Shown: positions 1-11,178 of the stretch, piece after piece
Layout of the letters: each line of letters begins with the position of its first letter
Numbering within the stretch: position 1 is the stretch's first letter
NCBI GenBank assembly: GCA_964587725.1
Contig: CAZPLO010000001.1
Span: 96,001 to 160,000 of the forward strand
From: an uncultured archaeon
GTDB lineage: Archaea > Altiarchaeota > Altiarchaeia > IMC4 > SCGC-AAA252-I15
DNA: 64,000 nt
Reading direction: 5' to 3'
Translations under genes and position numbers: made by a program
The notes under the pieces: generated by a model
Database searches by the model: none
The model's input: the letters and a program-made list of their open reading frames with translations, nothing else
What the model was told of the DNA's origin: nothing

Positions 1-1377
1 ACGGTCGTGGAGGGCGTTGACCACACCACCCACATCCTTAGACTCCACCACGAATGCTATGTTCACTTCGCTGGAGCCCTGAGCAATCATTATCAAATTG
101 ACTTCAGCCTCGGCCACCGTGCCGAACACCTTCGCGGCAACGCCCTTCGTACCCTGCATGCCGGCGCCGACGACGGTGACTATGGCCACGTCCTCCATCA
201 CCGAAATGTTCTTCAGGAAGTCGTTGGTGAACACCTCAGCCAGCAACTCCATCGCAATATCCACGTCCGACTCGGATATGACGAAACTCAGGTTGCTCTC
301 GCTGGACCCGGATATCATGATGATGTTTATGTTCCCGTCTCCGAGGACGGAAAACACCCTCCCCGCGATGTTGGGTGTCTCAGCCATGCCCACTCCCTCC
401 AGGTTCACTATGACAACGTCCTTGGCGATGGCCACCGCCTTAATAATCCCTTTTATCTTCTTCTGCTTCTGAACAATCAAGGTTCCATCCACGTCGGGGT
501 TGAATGTGTTCTTGACCCTGACTGGAATCCGAACCCTCATGGCGGGCTCGATCATCTTGCTGTGTATGACCTTCGCCCCGAAGTACGCCAGGTCCATGGC
601 TTCGGCGTAGGACAGCTCAGGAATCAACTTGGCCTCCTCCACAACCCTCGGGTCAGTGGTCAGTATGCCGTCGACGTCGGTCCAAATCTGAACCTCCTCC
701 GCCTTCAGATAATTACCCAATAGTGAGGCGGTGTAGTCGCTGCCCCCCCGACCCAGAGTGGTTATGGTACCCTTCTCGTCCGCGGCGACGAAGCCCGTCA
801 CAACCGGGGTCTCCTTCTTAAGCATCTTACCCAACACTTCGTTAACCTTTTTCTTGGATTTGCTGTGGAGGGGATGCGCCCTGCCGAAACAAAAGTCGGT
901 TATGATGCCCGCCTCGAACCCGGTCATGGGAGACGACTTAACGCCGAGTGAATTCAACGCCCCAGCCACCACCAGCACGTTCAGCCTCTCGCCGAACGAC
1001 ATGATGTAGTCGAGGCTCTTCAAACTCAAGTCTTCCAGGTAGCCGACACCCAGCAAAGCCACCCGCAGTTTCTCAATCAACTCCAGCGACTCGCTCAACA
1101 CCTTGCCCCGGAGCGCCTTCTTGGTAACAGCCTTCATGATGGCCTTGCGCTGCTGCATGGAGAGCTCCCTGCAGAATCCGTCTACCTCCCGCTCCACAAC
1201 GGTGTTAGGCAACTCGGTGACGGAGCACGCAATCTTAATCAGCTTATCCGTGACGCCGGACATGGCGGAAACAACAACCACCTTATTCCTCTTCTCAGCC
1301 TTCACCAGCTTCGCAACGTTGAGTATACGCTCCCCGTCGGCAACCGACGTGCCCCCGAACTTCATAACAACGACCAT
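1..1377 (-). CDS. lysC: Aspartate kinase (runs off the window start; not in ORF track)
   Basis: Manual minus-strand translation from ATG 1377: MVVVMKFGGTSVADG...VVVVSAMSGVTD...SFGERL...TTLGRGGSDYTAS...IWTDVDG; ACT-type C-terminus ending VVNALHDR at position 1. Confidence 0.93.
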   Translation of the reverse strand, partial: MVVVMKFGGTSVADGERILNVAKLVKAEKRNKVVVVSAMSGVTDKLIKIACSVTELPNTVVEREVDGFCRELSMQQRKAIMKAVTKKALRGKVLSESLELIEKLRVALLGVGYLEDLSLKSLDYIMSFGERLNVLVVAGALNSLGVKSSPMTGFEAGIITDFCFGRAHPLHSKSKKKVNEVLGKMLKKETPVVTGFVAADEKGTITTLGRGGSDYTASLLGNYLKAEEVQIWTDVDGILTTDPRVVEEAKLIPELSYAEAMDLAYFGAKVIHSKMIEPAMRVRIPVRVKNTFNPDVDGTLIVQKQKKIKGIIKAVAIAKDVVIVNLEGVGMAETPNIAGRVFSVLGDGNINIIMISGSSESNLSFVISESDVDIAMELLAEVFTNDFLKNISVMEDVAIVTVVGAGMQGTKGVAAKVFGTVAEAEVNLIMIAQGSSEVNIAFVVESKDVGGVVNALHDR

Positions 1378-1435
1378 CGTAGAAACAATAGTGTAGAAAA
1401 ACTATAAAAAGCAGAGTAGAAGCCGAAAACCACAT

Positions 1436-1545
1436 GTGGTGGCGGCCTGTAGCCCACGAACCGTCACGCGAAGTAGCCTTCGGCTACTAGCGTTCCAAGA
1501 CGGATTACGTCTTGCGGACGCCGGTTCACGGGCGGGGCGCATACC
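1436..1545. repeat. Copy of the RNase P RNA 3' end followed by a multi-hairpin module
   Basis: GTGGTGGCGGCCTGTAG at 1436-1452 is identical to 1622-1638; hairpins AGTAGCC-TTC-GGCTACT and CAAGACG-GATTA-CGTCTTG are enclosed by GAACCG...CGGTTC. Confidence 0.8.
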
Positions 1546-1623
1546 GCTACCGCGGCATGCACCTGAGAACGCTAATGAACACATGCACCAACATATACCG
1601 GACAAAACAATCTAGGATGAGGT

Positions 1624-1975
1624 GGTGGCGGCCTGTAGTCCGCCTTAGGTCGGCTTTCCGCGGCGTAATGCGCGCACACTGCCGTCCAGGCATTCTTCTA
1701 AGCGCCGGGTTTACGGCTTGCACCAGATGCGGGACGACACCCGTCTCACACAGCACCCAAGCAACTCCCCCAAAGGTTCACCGTTGGCGCCTGAATGCCT
1801 CTCGTCTCTATACCGCCGTCCAGGCGCTCACACGCCCTCTCGCACAATACCTGGTGGGCGGAACTTCCTCAGAACCTTTTTACAAAAGGTTCACGAAAAG
1901 GTGCCATCTTCGGCTGCGCCTCGATGACACTTAACGTGAGCCCTTTCGGCTCCGTAGGCCTGGCCGGCCGCCACC
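1624..1975 (-). ncRNA. rnpB: RNase P RNA, type M-like
   Basis: Terminal P1 GGUGGCGGCC/GGCCGCCACC; P4 GAGGAAGUUCCGCCCACC with 3' AAGGCGGACUAC; CR-II AUAGAGACG, CR-III UGAGACGG, CUGGUGCAAG, GCUUAG..GAAUG. Confidence 0.9.
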
Positions 1976-2009
1976 AACAAAAGATAGGGCAGAACGAGTA
2001 TAAAAACGT

Positions 2010-2198
2010 TCACCCAGGGGTCCGCCAGCGGTCGCAGTGCCGCATACAGATGAGCGGAAGGTTACTGGAGGTAATCTCGTGGCCGAGCATCAGAAACTTC
2101 CTGCACAGATTCGACATCGGCTTCCGGTCCCGCCTGTGATAGGCTCTGTAGTATTCCATGTCGCACTCCCGTATGTGCTCCACAACATCCGCTTCCAT
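2010..2198 (-). CDS. Cys-rich small protein (62 aa), paralogue 2
   Basis: MEADVVEHIRECD...NLCRK...PLICMRHCDRW aligns without gaps to the adjacent 2204-2395 ORF. Confidence 0.8.
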   Translation of the reverse strand: MEADVVEHIRECDMEYYRAYHRRDRKPMSNLCRKFLMLGHEITSSNLPLICMRHCDRWRTPG

Positions 2199-2203
2199 TT
2201 TAT

Positions 2204-2395
2204 TCACCCTAGGTTGAGGCCCCAGCGGCTGCAGAACTGGATGCACACCAGGGGCATGTCGTCCGACATCAAGTCGAACCCCAGATTCAGCAGCTCCCTG
2301 CAGAGGTTGTTTTCAGGCTTGCTGTTCCTGCACAGGCAGTTGTGTTCGTACTGCCGGTCGCACTCCCGTATGTGCTCCAAAACCCTGTCGTCCAT
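2204..2395 (-). CDS. Cys-rich small protein (63 aa), paralogue 1
   Basis: MDDRVLEHIRECD...NLCRE...PLVCIQFCSRW; tandem paralogue of 2010-2198. Confidence 0.8.
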   Translation of the reverse strand: MDDRVLEHIRECDRQYEHNCLCRNSKPENNLCRELLNLGFDLMSDDMPLVCIQFCSRWGLNLG

Positions 2396-2396
2396 T

Positions 2397-2540
2397 TCAC
2401 GTCACGCTCTGCGCCAAGGCCACGGCCAGCATAAGAGCCAGCACGGTGAGGATCTGGACCACCTCCGCGGCGGTCGACGGCATGGGCTCAAAATCAAGTG
2501 AAATGTCGGCCGCCGGCCTGACAACGGTTGTCGCCGCCAT
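2397..2540 (-). CDS. 47-aa protein with C-terminal hydrophobic helix (not in ORF track)
   Basis: MAATTVVRPAADISLDFEPMPSTAAEVVQILTVLALMLAVALAQSVT; perfect SD GGAGGTGA just upstream; stop lies 1 nt before the next ATG. Confidence 0.65.
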   Translation of the reverse strand: MAATTVVRPAADISLDFEPMPSTAAEVVQILTVLALMLAVALAQSVT

Positions 2541-2699
2541 AGTCCATCACCTCCAATATGGATTCTAACGTCCCATAAAAAGAAGACAATAACAGGATAG
2601 GGGTAAAATAGGGTTAAGGTGGTGTAAACGGCGGTTAGAAGGTAAGGTTAAGGTGGTGTGGGAGGAGCCTTCGAACACTTGGCTTGTCGCCAAAGAACA

Positions 2700-5545
<2,846 letters not shown>

Positions 5546-5800
5546 CACCTGATGCTCTTTGTAGCGAGCCAATTGCTCGAAAAACCACTTCCAATACCCC
5601 CACGTAGGGGGCACATTCCGTGGCTCTCCTCCTACACCACCTCAAAAATTGAGACTGAAAACGCTCAACCAAAAGGTTTCTCCATACCCAGCGTGCGCCG
5701 GATACTTCAAGCTACATCACCAAATGAAAAGGTGAACGTGATTATCGACCGAAGAGCGGTCGGATGATGCCGTCGAAGACGGCGAATGTGTATACCTTTC

Positions 5801-5856
5801 AGTGTCATCGAGCGTAAGCGAAGATGACACCTTTCGCAGGCCTTTCTTAAAGGCCT
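5801..5856. repeat. Twin-hairpin module in the 16S-23S spacer, homologous to the insert in rnpB
   Basis: AGTGTCATCGAG..CGAAGATGACACCTTTCG followed by AGGCCTTT..AAAGGCCT; matches the reverse complement of 1872-1931. Confidence 0.8.
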
Positions 5857-5857
5857 T

Positions 5858-5931
5858 TGGACTCGTCGGGATTTGAACCCGAGGCCTCCCGCGTGCAAGG
5901 CGGACGATCTACCGGACTGATCTACGAGCCC
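5858..5931 (-). tRNA. tRNA-Ala(TGC), rRNA spacer
   Basis: GGGCTCGTAGATCAG...CCGCC-TT-TGC region, GGTTCAAATCCC, acceptor with G3-U70. Confidence 0.96.
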
Positions 5932-5977
5932 GTGCTCCTGGATTCATCACCCCAAACGGGTCTAATGAATGTTTTGG

Positions 5978-6012
5978 TTCGAACAGCTGGAGTTTTAGCC
6001 CCCGTGTGCAGT
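5978..6012 (-). other. 3' arm of the 16S processing stem with bulge-helix-bulge (partner 7583-7617)
   Basis: Transcript arms GGAAU-AGCC-AAA-CCCGUGUGCAGU and ACUGCACACGGG-GGCU-AAA-ACUCC form a 3-4-3 BHB. Confidence 0.85.
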
Positions 6013-6057
6013 ATGCACATGATTCCACTTCCGTGAAGCAAACCAGAGTGGTTTGCT

Positions 6058-7545
6058 TGGAGGTGATCCAGCCGCAGATTCCCCTACGGCTACCTTGTTA
6101 CGACTTCACCCCCCTCGCGAACCAGAGATTCGACGCTTCCAAACGGAGGCGCCTCACCTCCAATCCACTCAGTTGGTGTGACGGGCGGTGTGTGCAAGGA
6201 ACAGGGACATATTCACCGCTGTATGATAAACAGCGATTACTAGGGATTTCAACTTCATGAGGGTGAATTGCAACCCTCAATCTGTACCAGGACGTGGTTT
6301 AGGGGATTAGCTCCACCTTTCGGCGTTGCAACCCATTGTCCACGCCATTGTATGCCGCGTGTAGCCCAGACGATTCGGAGCATACAGACCTACCGTCGCC
6401 CGCGCCTTCCTCAGACTCATCGCCTGCAGTCCCCCTATAGTGCTCCGCGAGTATCCTCGTGGTTAGCAAATAAGGGTACGGGTCTCGCTCGTTAACGGAC
6501 TTAACCGTACGCCTCACGGTACGAGCTGACGACGGCCATGCACTACCTCTCGGCTCCTTCGGCAAGACCTTCAGCCTGACCTTCATAGTGCCGTCGCGCC
6601 TGGTAAGTTTCCCGGCGTTTTATCCAATTGAACCGCAGCATCCACCCCTTGTGGTGTTCCCCCGCCAATTCCTTTAAGTTTCAGCCTTGCGACCGTACTC
6701 CCCAGGTGGCGGATTTAACGGTTTCCCTACAGCACTCCCCGAACACGAGGTTCAGGGAACACTAAATCCGCATCGTTTACGGCTAGGACTACCAGGGTAT
6801 CTAATCCTGTTCGCTCCCCTAGCTCTCGTGCCTCATCGTCAGGCCCGTTCCAGCGTGGCGCCTTCGCTACCGGTGGTCCTCCGGGGATTATAGCATTTCA
6901 CCGCTACCCCCAGAATACCCCACGCCTGCCCCGGCCTCAAGTCCAGTAGTATTTTCTGCAAGCCCCACGGTTAAGCCGCAGGATTTCACAGAAAACTTGC
7001 CGAACCGACTACGCACCCTCTAAACCCAGTAAACGTGATCACCACTTGAGCTGCTGGTATTACCGCGGAGGCTGGCACCAGTCTTACCCAGCCCTTATTC
7101 CCGGAGCTATTTACACTCCGTAAAAGCACACCTTGTAGGCGCGCACTTGGGGTCCCCTCGTCACGCTTACGCGCATTGCGAAGGTTTCGCGACTGCTGCG
7201 CTCCGTAGAGCCTGGACCCTTGTCTCAGTGTCCATCTCCCGGCTCCCACTCTCATGGCCGGTACGGATCTTGGCTACGGTAGGCCGTTACCCTACCGTCA
7301 GGCTAATCCACCGCAGACTCATCCTGTGGCGATGAACCGGATACAGGTTTTCTCGTTTAAGCGGCAGACATTCCAGTGCTTGCCGCCTATGGGATTTTGT
7401 CCTCAGTTTCCCGAGGTTATCTCCCTCCACAGGTTAGATTGTCCACGTGTTACTGAGCTGGCTGCCCGGACCTTAACCGTGTCCGAGACGTGCATGTCTT
7501 AAGCAGACCCCAATAGCAGTGACCTCGAGCAGGATCAACTCGAGT
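6058..7545 (-). rRNA. rrs: 16S rRNA
   Basis: 5' TTGATCCTG, GTGCCAGCcTCCGCGGTAA, ATTAGATACCC, AAACTTAAAGGAATTGGCGG, GCACACACCGCCCGTCA, 3' GGATCACCTCC. Confidence 0.98.
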
Positions 7546-7828
7546 TACGTATCGATCGCAAACGGAATCGTGTTGCGTTCCAACTGCACACGGGTTTGGC
7601 TATTCCAGTGTTCGAACACATCGGACACGCCCTCTGCCGGGCACGTCGTCATAAATACCCCACAATGCCCATTGTATTCGACTCCGCGGGGTGCGTGAGC
7701 GCTACCCTGCTTCTGCGTCCAATAAACAGTCTGTGAGGCGATTCCAAATCAACGGTCTAACCCGCCCCTAAGCGGGGACCGCCTCATTACTTGGAAAACA
7801 ATGTGCACGAGAGAATTCGCGCGGACAG

Positions 7829-7858
7829 TATATAGGTATTACCTATATAAAAGCCGTT
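7829..7858 (-). promoter_or_regulatory. Probable rRNA operon promoter (TATA box) embedded in a palindrome
   Basis: Minus strand GGCTTTTATATAGG about 300 nt upstream of 16S; TATATAGGTA-T-TACCTATATA at 7829-7849. Confidence 0.65.
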
Positions 7859-7864
7859 ACCAAA

Positions 7865-7945
7865 GGGCCGCGGGCGGAACGCTCACGACCTACGGTCGCT
7901 GCGCGTTGGCTTCTTCGAAGCCACCGTTTGAATCCGCGTCGCCGG
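7865..7945 (-). repeat. Duplicate of the tRNA-His 3' half with a 47-bp hairpin insertion in the T-loop
   Basis: 7865-7879 and 7927-7945 match 7955-7988 exactly; insert at 7880-7926. Confidence 0.85.
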
Positions 7946-7955
7946 GGTTAAGGTG

Positions 7956-8051
7956 GGCCGCGGGCGGAATTTGAATCCGCGTCGCCGGATCGCTGCATTT
8001 CGGTTGAAACGCCACAGTCCAGTAGGATAACCAGGCTACCCCACCGCGGCC
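7956..8051 (-). tRNA. tRNA-His(GTG) with a 21-nt intron (7991-8011) at 37/38
   Basis: Encoded G-1, acceptor GCCGCGG/CCGCGGC, C73, anticodon arm CTGGA-CTGTGG|A-TCCGG; intron forms a BHB (CUGU/GCAG central helix). Confidence 0.93.
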
Positions 8052-8071
8052 ATTTTGTCTGTATTTGTGAG

Positions 8072-8148
8072 GTGCGTGTCCCCGGAGGGGACACCCGCGG
8101 AGCGTGTGAACGGAGCTAGCCGTTCCCAGGCTGCACCACCGCGGCCAT
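8072..8148 (-). repeat. Duplicate of the tRNA-His 5' end fused to a dispersed palindromic module
   Basis: 8126-8148 nearly equals the tRNA 5' end; 8072-8125 is homologous to the reverse complement of 48683-48736. Confidence 0.8.
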
Positions 8149-8189
8149 GTTGAGTGGGTATTTAATAGGGGGATTTTGAATAAAAGAGT

Positions 8190-8441
8190 TTACTCCATCA
8201 GCTCCAGCGCTTCCCTACCAGTCATCCCTGTTTTGACGCCCAATTCTCCTGCTTTGGTAGTGCAGGCTTTGACTTCCGCCTCCAACGCATCTTCGGCTGT
8301 TTTAACGCCTGTTACAACACAGGCTGCGTCCCCAAGTTTCTCCGCTGCTTCAAGATTCAGGTAGCCGCACATGACGTAGCCTTGACGGGCTTTCACCAGC
8401 ACCAGGTTCGCGTTCTGCAGTTCAATAACGTACTCGTTCAT
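8190..8441 (-). CDS. YunC/DUF1805 family protein
   Basis: GYVMCGYLNLEAAEKLGDAACVVTGVKT...GMTGREAL family pattern. Confidence 0.8.
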   Translation of the reverse strand: MNEYVIELQNANLVLVKARQGYVMCGYLNLEAAEKLGDAACVVTGVKTAEDALEAEVKACTTKAGELGVKTGMTGREALELME

Positions 8442-9289
8442 CCGCCCTTCACCTTCCGTTGGGTCACCATGGTGCCGGTTCCGGTGGTGGTGAGTATCTC
8501 CTCCAGTATCGCGTGCCTGCTCGCCTTCACGATGTGGGTTCGTTCCACGCCGTTGTTAAGCGCATGTATGCATGCCTTCAGCTTAGGAATCATGCCGCCG
8601 ACCACCGTCTTGTTTTTGATCAGCTTCCTCGCCTCCGCAACCGTCAGGCGCTTCACCAGCTTCTTTTTCCTGTCCAACACTCCCTGGACGTTGGTTAACA
8701 CAATCAGCTTACTCGCCTTCAATGAGGCGGCTAGTTCGCTGGCGGCGGTGTCTGCGTTGATGTTCAACGACTCGCCGCGCCCGGACAAACAGATGGGCGA
8801 TATGACTGGGATGAAATTGTTTTCCAGCTGCGTTGACACAATCTTCGGGTTCACCTTTTTGATGTCGCCTACGAGGCCCAGGTCGACTTTGCCCTTCTGG
8901 CGGACGCCTTCGAACAAACACCCGGATTTGCCGGACAAACCGACGGCACTGCCTCCGTGCTTGTGTATTCGTGAGACGAGTTGTTGGTTGACTTTCCCTG
9001 TCAACACCATCTCCACGATGTCCATGGTCTCCGCGTCTGTTACCCGGAGGCCCTTCACGAACTTAGGCTTCTTCCCGAACCGCTCCATGGCATCGGATAT
9101 TTCGACGCCGCCTCCGTGGACTATCACCGGCTTGATGCCAAGGGTGTTCAGGAATATGAGGTCTTGGGCGACGGAGTCTATCACATCCTCGTCCAACAGC
9201 GTCTCCCCGCCCAACTTTATAACGAAGACCTGGCCCTTGAATTTCCGTATGTATTCTATGGCCTTAACCAGGATTTCAGCCCGCTTCAT
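8438..9289 (-). CDS. argB: Acetylglutamate kinase
   Basis: VIKLGG, VIVHGGG, GLRVTD, NINADTAA, GGMIPKL. Confidence 0.95.
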   Translation of the reverse strand: MKRAEILVKAIEYIRKFKGQVFVIKLGGETLLDEDVIDSVAQDLIFLNTLGIKPVIVHGGGVEISDAMERFGKKPKFVKGLRVTDAETMDIVEMVLTGKVNQQLVSRIHKHGGSAVGLSGKSGCLFEGVRQKGKVDLGLVGDIKKVNPKIVSTQLENNFIPVISPICLSGRGESLNINADTAASELAASLKASKLIVLTNVQGVLDRKKKLVKRLTVAEARKLIKNKTVVGGMIPKLKACIHALNNGVERTHIVKASRHAILEEILTTTGTGTMVTQRKVKGG

Positions 9290-9360
9290 CTCGGAAATTA
9301 TTGATTTTAAGGGTTAAAATAGCCCTATTTATATAGCGGCCTTTTAATGTAATACTCACG

Positions 9361-10008
9361 ATGTACATCATCATAGTCGGCTGCGGCAACATAGGGAAGT
9401 CGCTCGGCACACACCTGGTGGGGGAGGGACACGAGGTCGTCATCATAGAAAAAGACGGGGAGCGGGCGAAGTCGCTGGCCGACAGCATGGACGTCATCGT
9501 AATACACGGCGACGGCAGCAGCACAGACATTCTCAAGGATGCGGGCGTGGAGCGCGCCGACGCCGTGGCGGTATTGACTGAAGACGACAACACCAACCTG
9601 ACCATCTGCCAGATTCTGAAGAAATTCAACGTCCCCAAGATAGTCGCTAGGGTGAACGAACCGGACAAGAAGGACCTGTACATAGGCTTGGAGATAACCG
9701 CTTCCATCAGCATCGTATCCGCTGCCGTGAGCCAGATAAAGAACGCGTTGACTAAGGAGCGGGGCCGGAGCATGATGAGCATCGCCGGCGGAAACGCGGA
9801 AGTTATAGAAATCAAGCTTACCAACGACAAACTGGACGGTAAAAAAACCAAGGACATCGGCCTACCCTACGGCGCCCTCATAGGCGTCGTTTACAGGAAA
9901 GGGGAGGTCATCATCGGAACCGACGAGACCATACTGAAGACCGATGACGTCTTAACCATTATCACAAAAACAGAAGTGATACAGGACGTCACCACAATAC
10001 TGAAGTAA
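9361..10008 (+). CDS. trkA: TrkA-family potassium uptake NAD-binding subunit (RCK-N plus RCK-C)
   Basis: IIIVGCGNIG Rossmann motif, HGDGS, DDNTNL. Confidence 0.88.
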   Translation: MYIIIVGCGNIGKSLGTHLVGEGHEVVIIEKDGERAKSLADSMDVIVIHGDGSSTDILKDAGVERADAVAVLTEDDNTNLTICQILKKFNVPKIVARVNEPDKKDLYIGLEITASISIVSAAVSQIKNALTKERGRSMMSIAGGNAEVIEIKLTNDKLDGKKTKDIGLPYGALIGVVYRKGEVIIGTDETILKTDDVLTIITKTEVIQDVTTILK

Positions 10009-10009
10009 A

Positions 10010-10264
10010 CTATATCATTCCGAAGAAGTATAACACCACCAGAGCCCCTATCCCAGGTATCCCGAATAATCCGCACACCAGCACGGTTGCTATGTTGATT
10101 GGTATGCCCAAGCACAGGTAGGTGTTGAGGAACCAGAGTATCAGCAGGCCGGCGACGCCGTTCAACAACAGCATGGTGGCTTTCGCCAGCGCCTTCTTCA
10201 GCAGACCCCAACCCAACGCTACCACGACCAACAGGAGTATGGCGGCTGCGATGTAGGGTATCAT
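10010..10264 (-). CDS. BofA-like small membrane protein
   Basis: Three hydrophobic segments with IPIN..TVLVCGLFGIPG motif. Confidence 0.75.
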   Translation of the reverse strand: MIPYIAAAILLLVVVALGWGLLKKALAKATMLLLNGVAGLLILWFLNTYLCLGIPINIATVLVCGLFGIPGIGALVVLYFFGMI

Positions 10265-10267
10265 GGT

Positions 10268-10948
10268 TTATGCGAGTATTTTCTCGTTCGGATACAAGGT
10301 GATGCCTCCTTCGCCGAGTCGGTACACCATCTCCTGGGTGGTGTGGTCTGTGCCGCGCATCTTGAACACTTCGAGTGTGCGGACGCGTTCCTGCCCGACC
10401 TTCCGGTAGTAGAGTCGGAAGATGCTGTCCACCAGGTATTCTATGCCGAACCGGGCCTGCCCGTCGTCAACTTCACTGGTCACTAGCACGGTGGCGCCCC
10501 ACCGCTCCATTATCTCGAACAACGTCATCAACGCGTTCCGCTGGGAGGTTTCCGCATTGTACGGCAGCATCAGGGCGGTGACACTGTCCACCACCACCCG
10601 TTTCACATCGTATTCTTTGAAGTATTGTTCGAAGCTGACGACGCCCTGGTCGAGGAAACTCCTTATCTCGGGCACGGACGTCTTATGGAACACCAGTTTC
10701 TTATCCTCCTCAAGTGAGGCGAGGTCGAAGCCGAACCGGCTCATGTTGTCGTAGAACTTGTTCTTCTGCTCCTCCACGCTCACATACAACCCCGGCTCCC
10801 CGGCCGCAGCCCCCGCGGACAGGAAGTGTGTGGCGAACGTGCTCTTCCCGCACCCCGCCTCACCCGACACCAGATTCACAGTCCCCTCTTTTAAACCACC
10901 CTCAACCAACTCATCCAAACCCGATATACCAGTCGACAAACGCGCCAT
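10268..10948 (-). CDS. KaiC/RAD55-like RecA-superfamily ATPase
   Basis: STGISGLDELVEGG, Walker A GEAGCGKS, VVVDSVT, KMRGT. Confidence 0.9.
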   Translation of the reverse strand: MARLSTGISGLDELVEGGLKEGTVNLVSGEAGCGKSTFATHFLSAGAAAGEPGLYVSVEEQKNKFYDNMSRFGFDLASLEEDKKLVFHKTSVPEIRSFLDQGVVSFEQYFKEYDVKRVVVDSVTALMLPYNAETSQRNALMTLFEIMERWGATVLVTSEVDDGQARFGIEYLVDSIFRLYYRKVGQERVRTLEVFKMRGTDHTTQEMVYRLGEGGITLYPNEKILA

Positions 10949-10986
10949 AAAAAAAACATGGGAACGAGACTAAAAAAAGAAGCCAG

Positions 10987-11059
10987 TGGGACCGCCGAGA
11001 TTCGAACTCGAGTCACTAGCTCCCAAAGCTAGAAGGATACCAAGCTACCCCACGGTCCC
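10987..11059 (-). tRNA. tRNA-Pro(TGG)
   Basis: GGGACCGTGGGGTAGC...CTAGC-TT-TGG-GA-GCTAG...GTTCGAATC. Confidence 0.96.
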
Positions 11060-11107
11060 GTATGGGCGGATAAATATAAGAGCGTCACAGGTTAAAAGAA
11101 TTCATAT

Positions 11108-11178
11108 CACGCCCAGAGGGGCTAAGCGACCGAAGGGAGCGCACGCCCCTCCCTGGTGCGAGCTGACAGTTTTCAGCT
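11108..11178. repeat. REP-like nested palindrome between tRNA-Pro and rnz
   Basis: CCAG-AGGGGC...GCGACCGAAGGGAGC...GCCCCT-CCCTGG followed by AGCTGA..TCAGCT. Confidence 0.6.

Noticed and set aside
7-1396. Plus-strand ORFs of 83-238 aa
   Set aside because: Antisense shadows of the minus-strand aspartate kinase, which the track missed because its stop is outside the window
7865-8148. Split or permuted tRNA genes
   Set aside because: Intact tRNA-His and tRNA-Gly genes are present, the fragments do not cover the anticodon arm, and I saw no complementary leaders for trans-splicing
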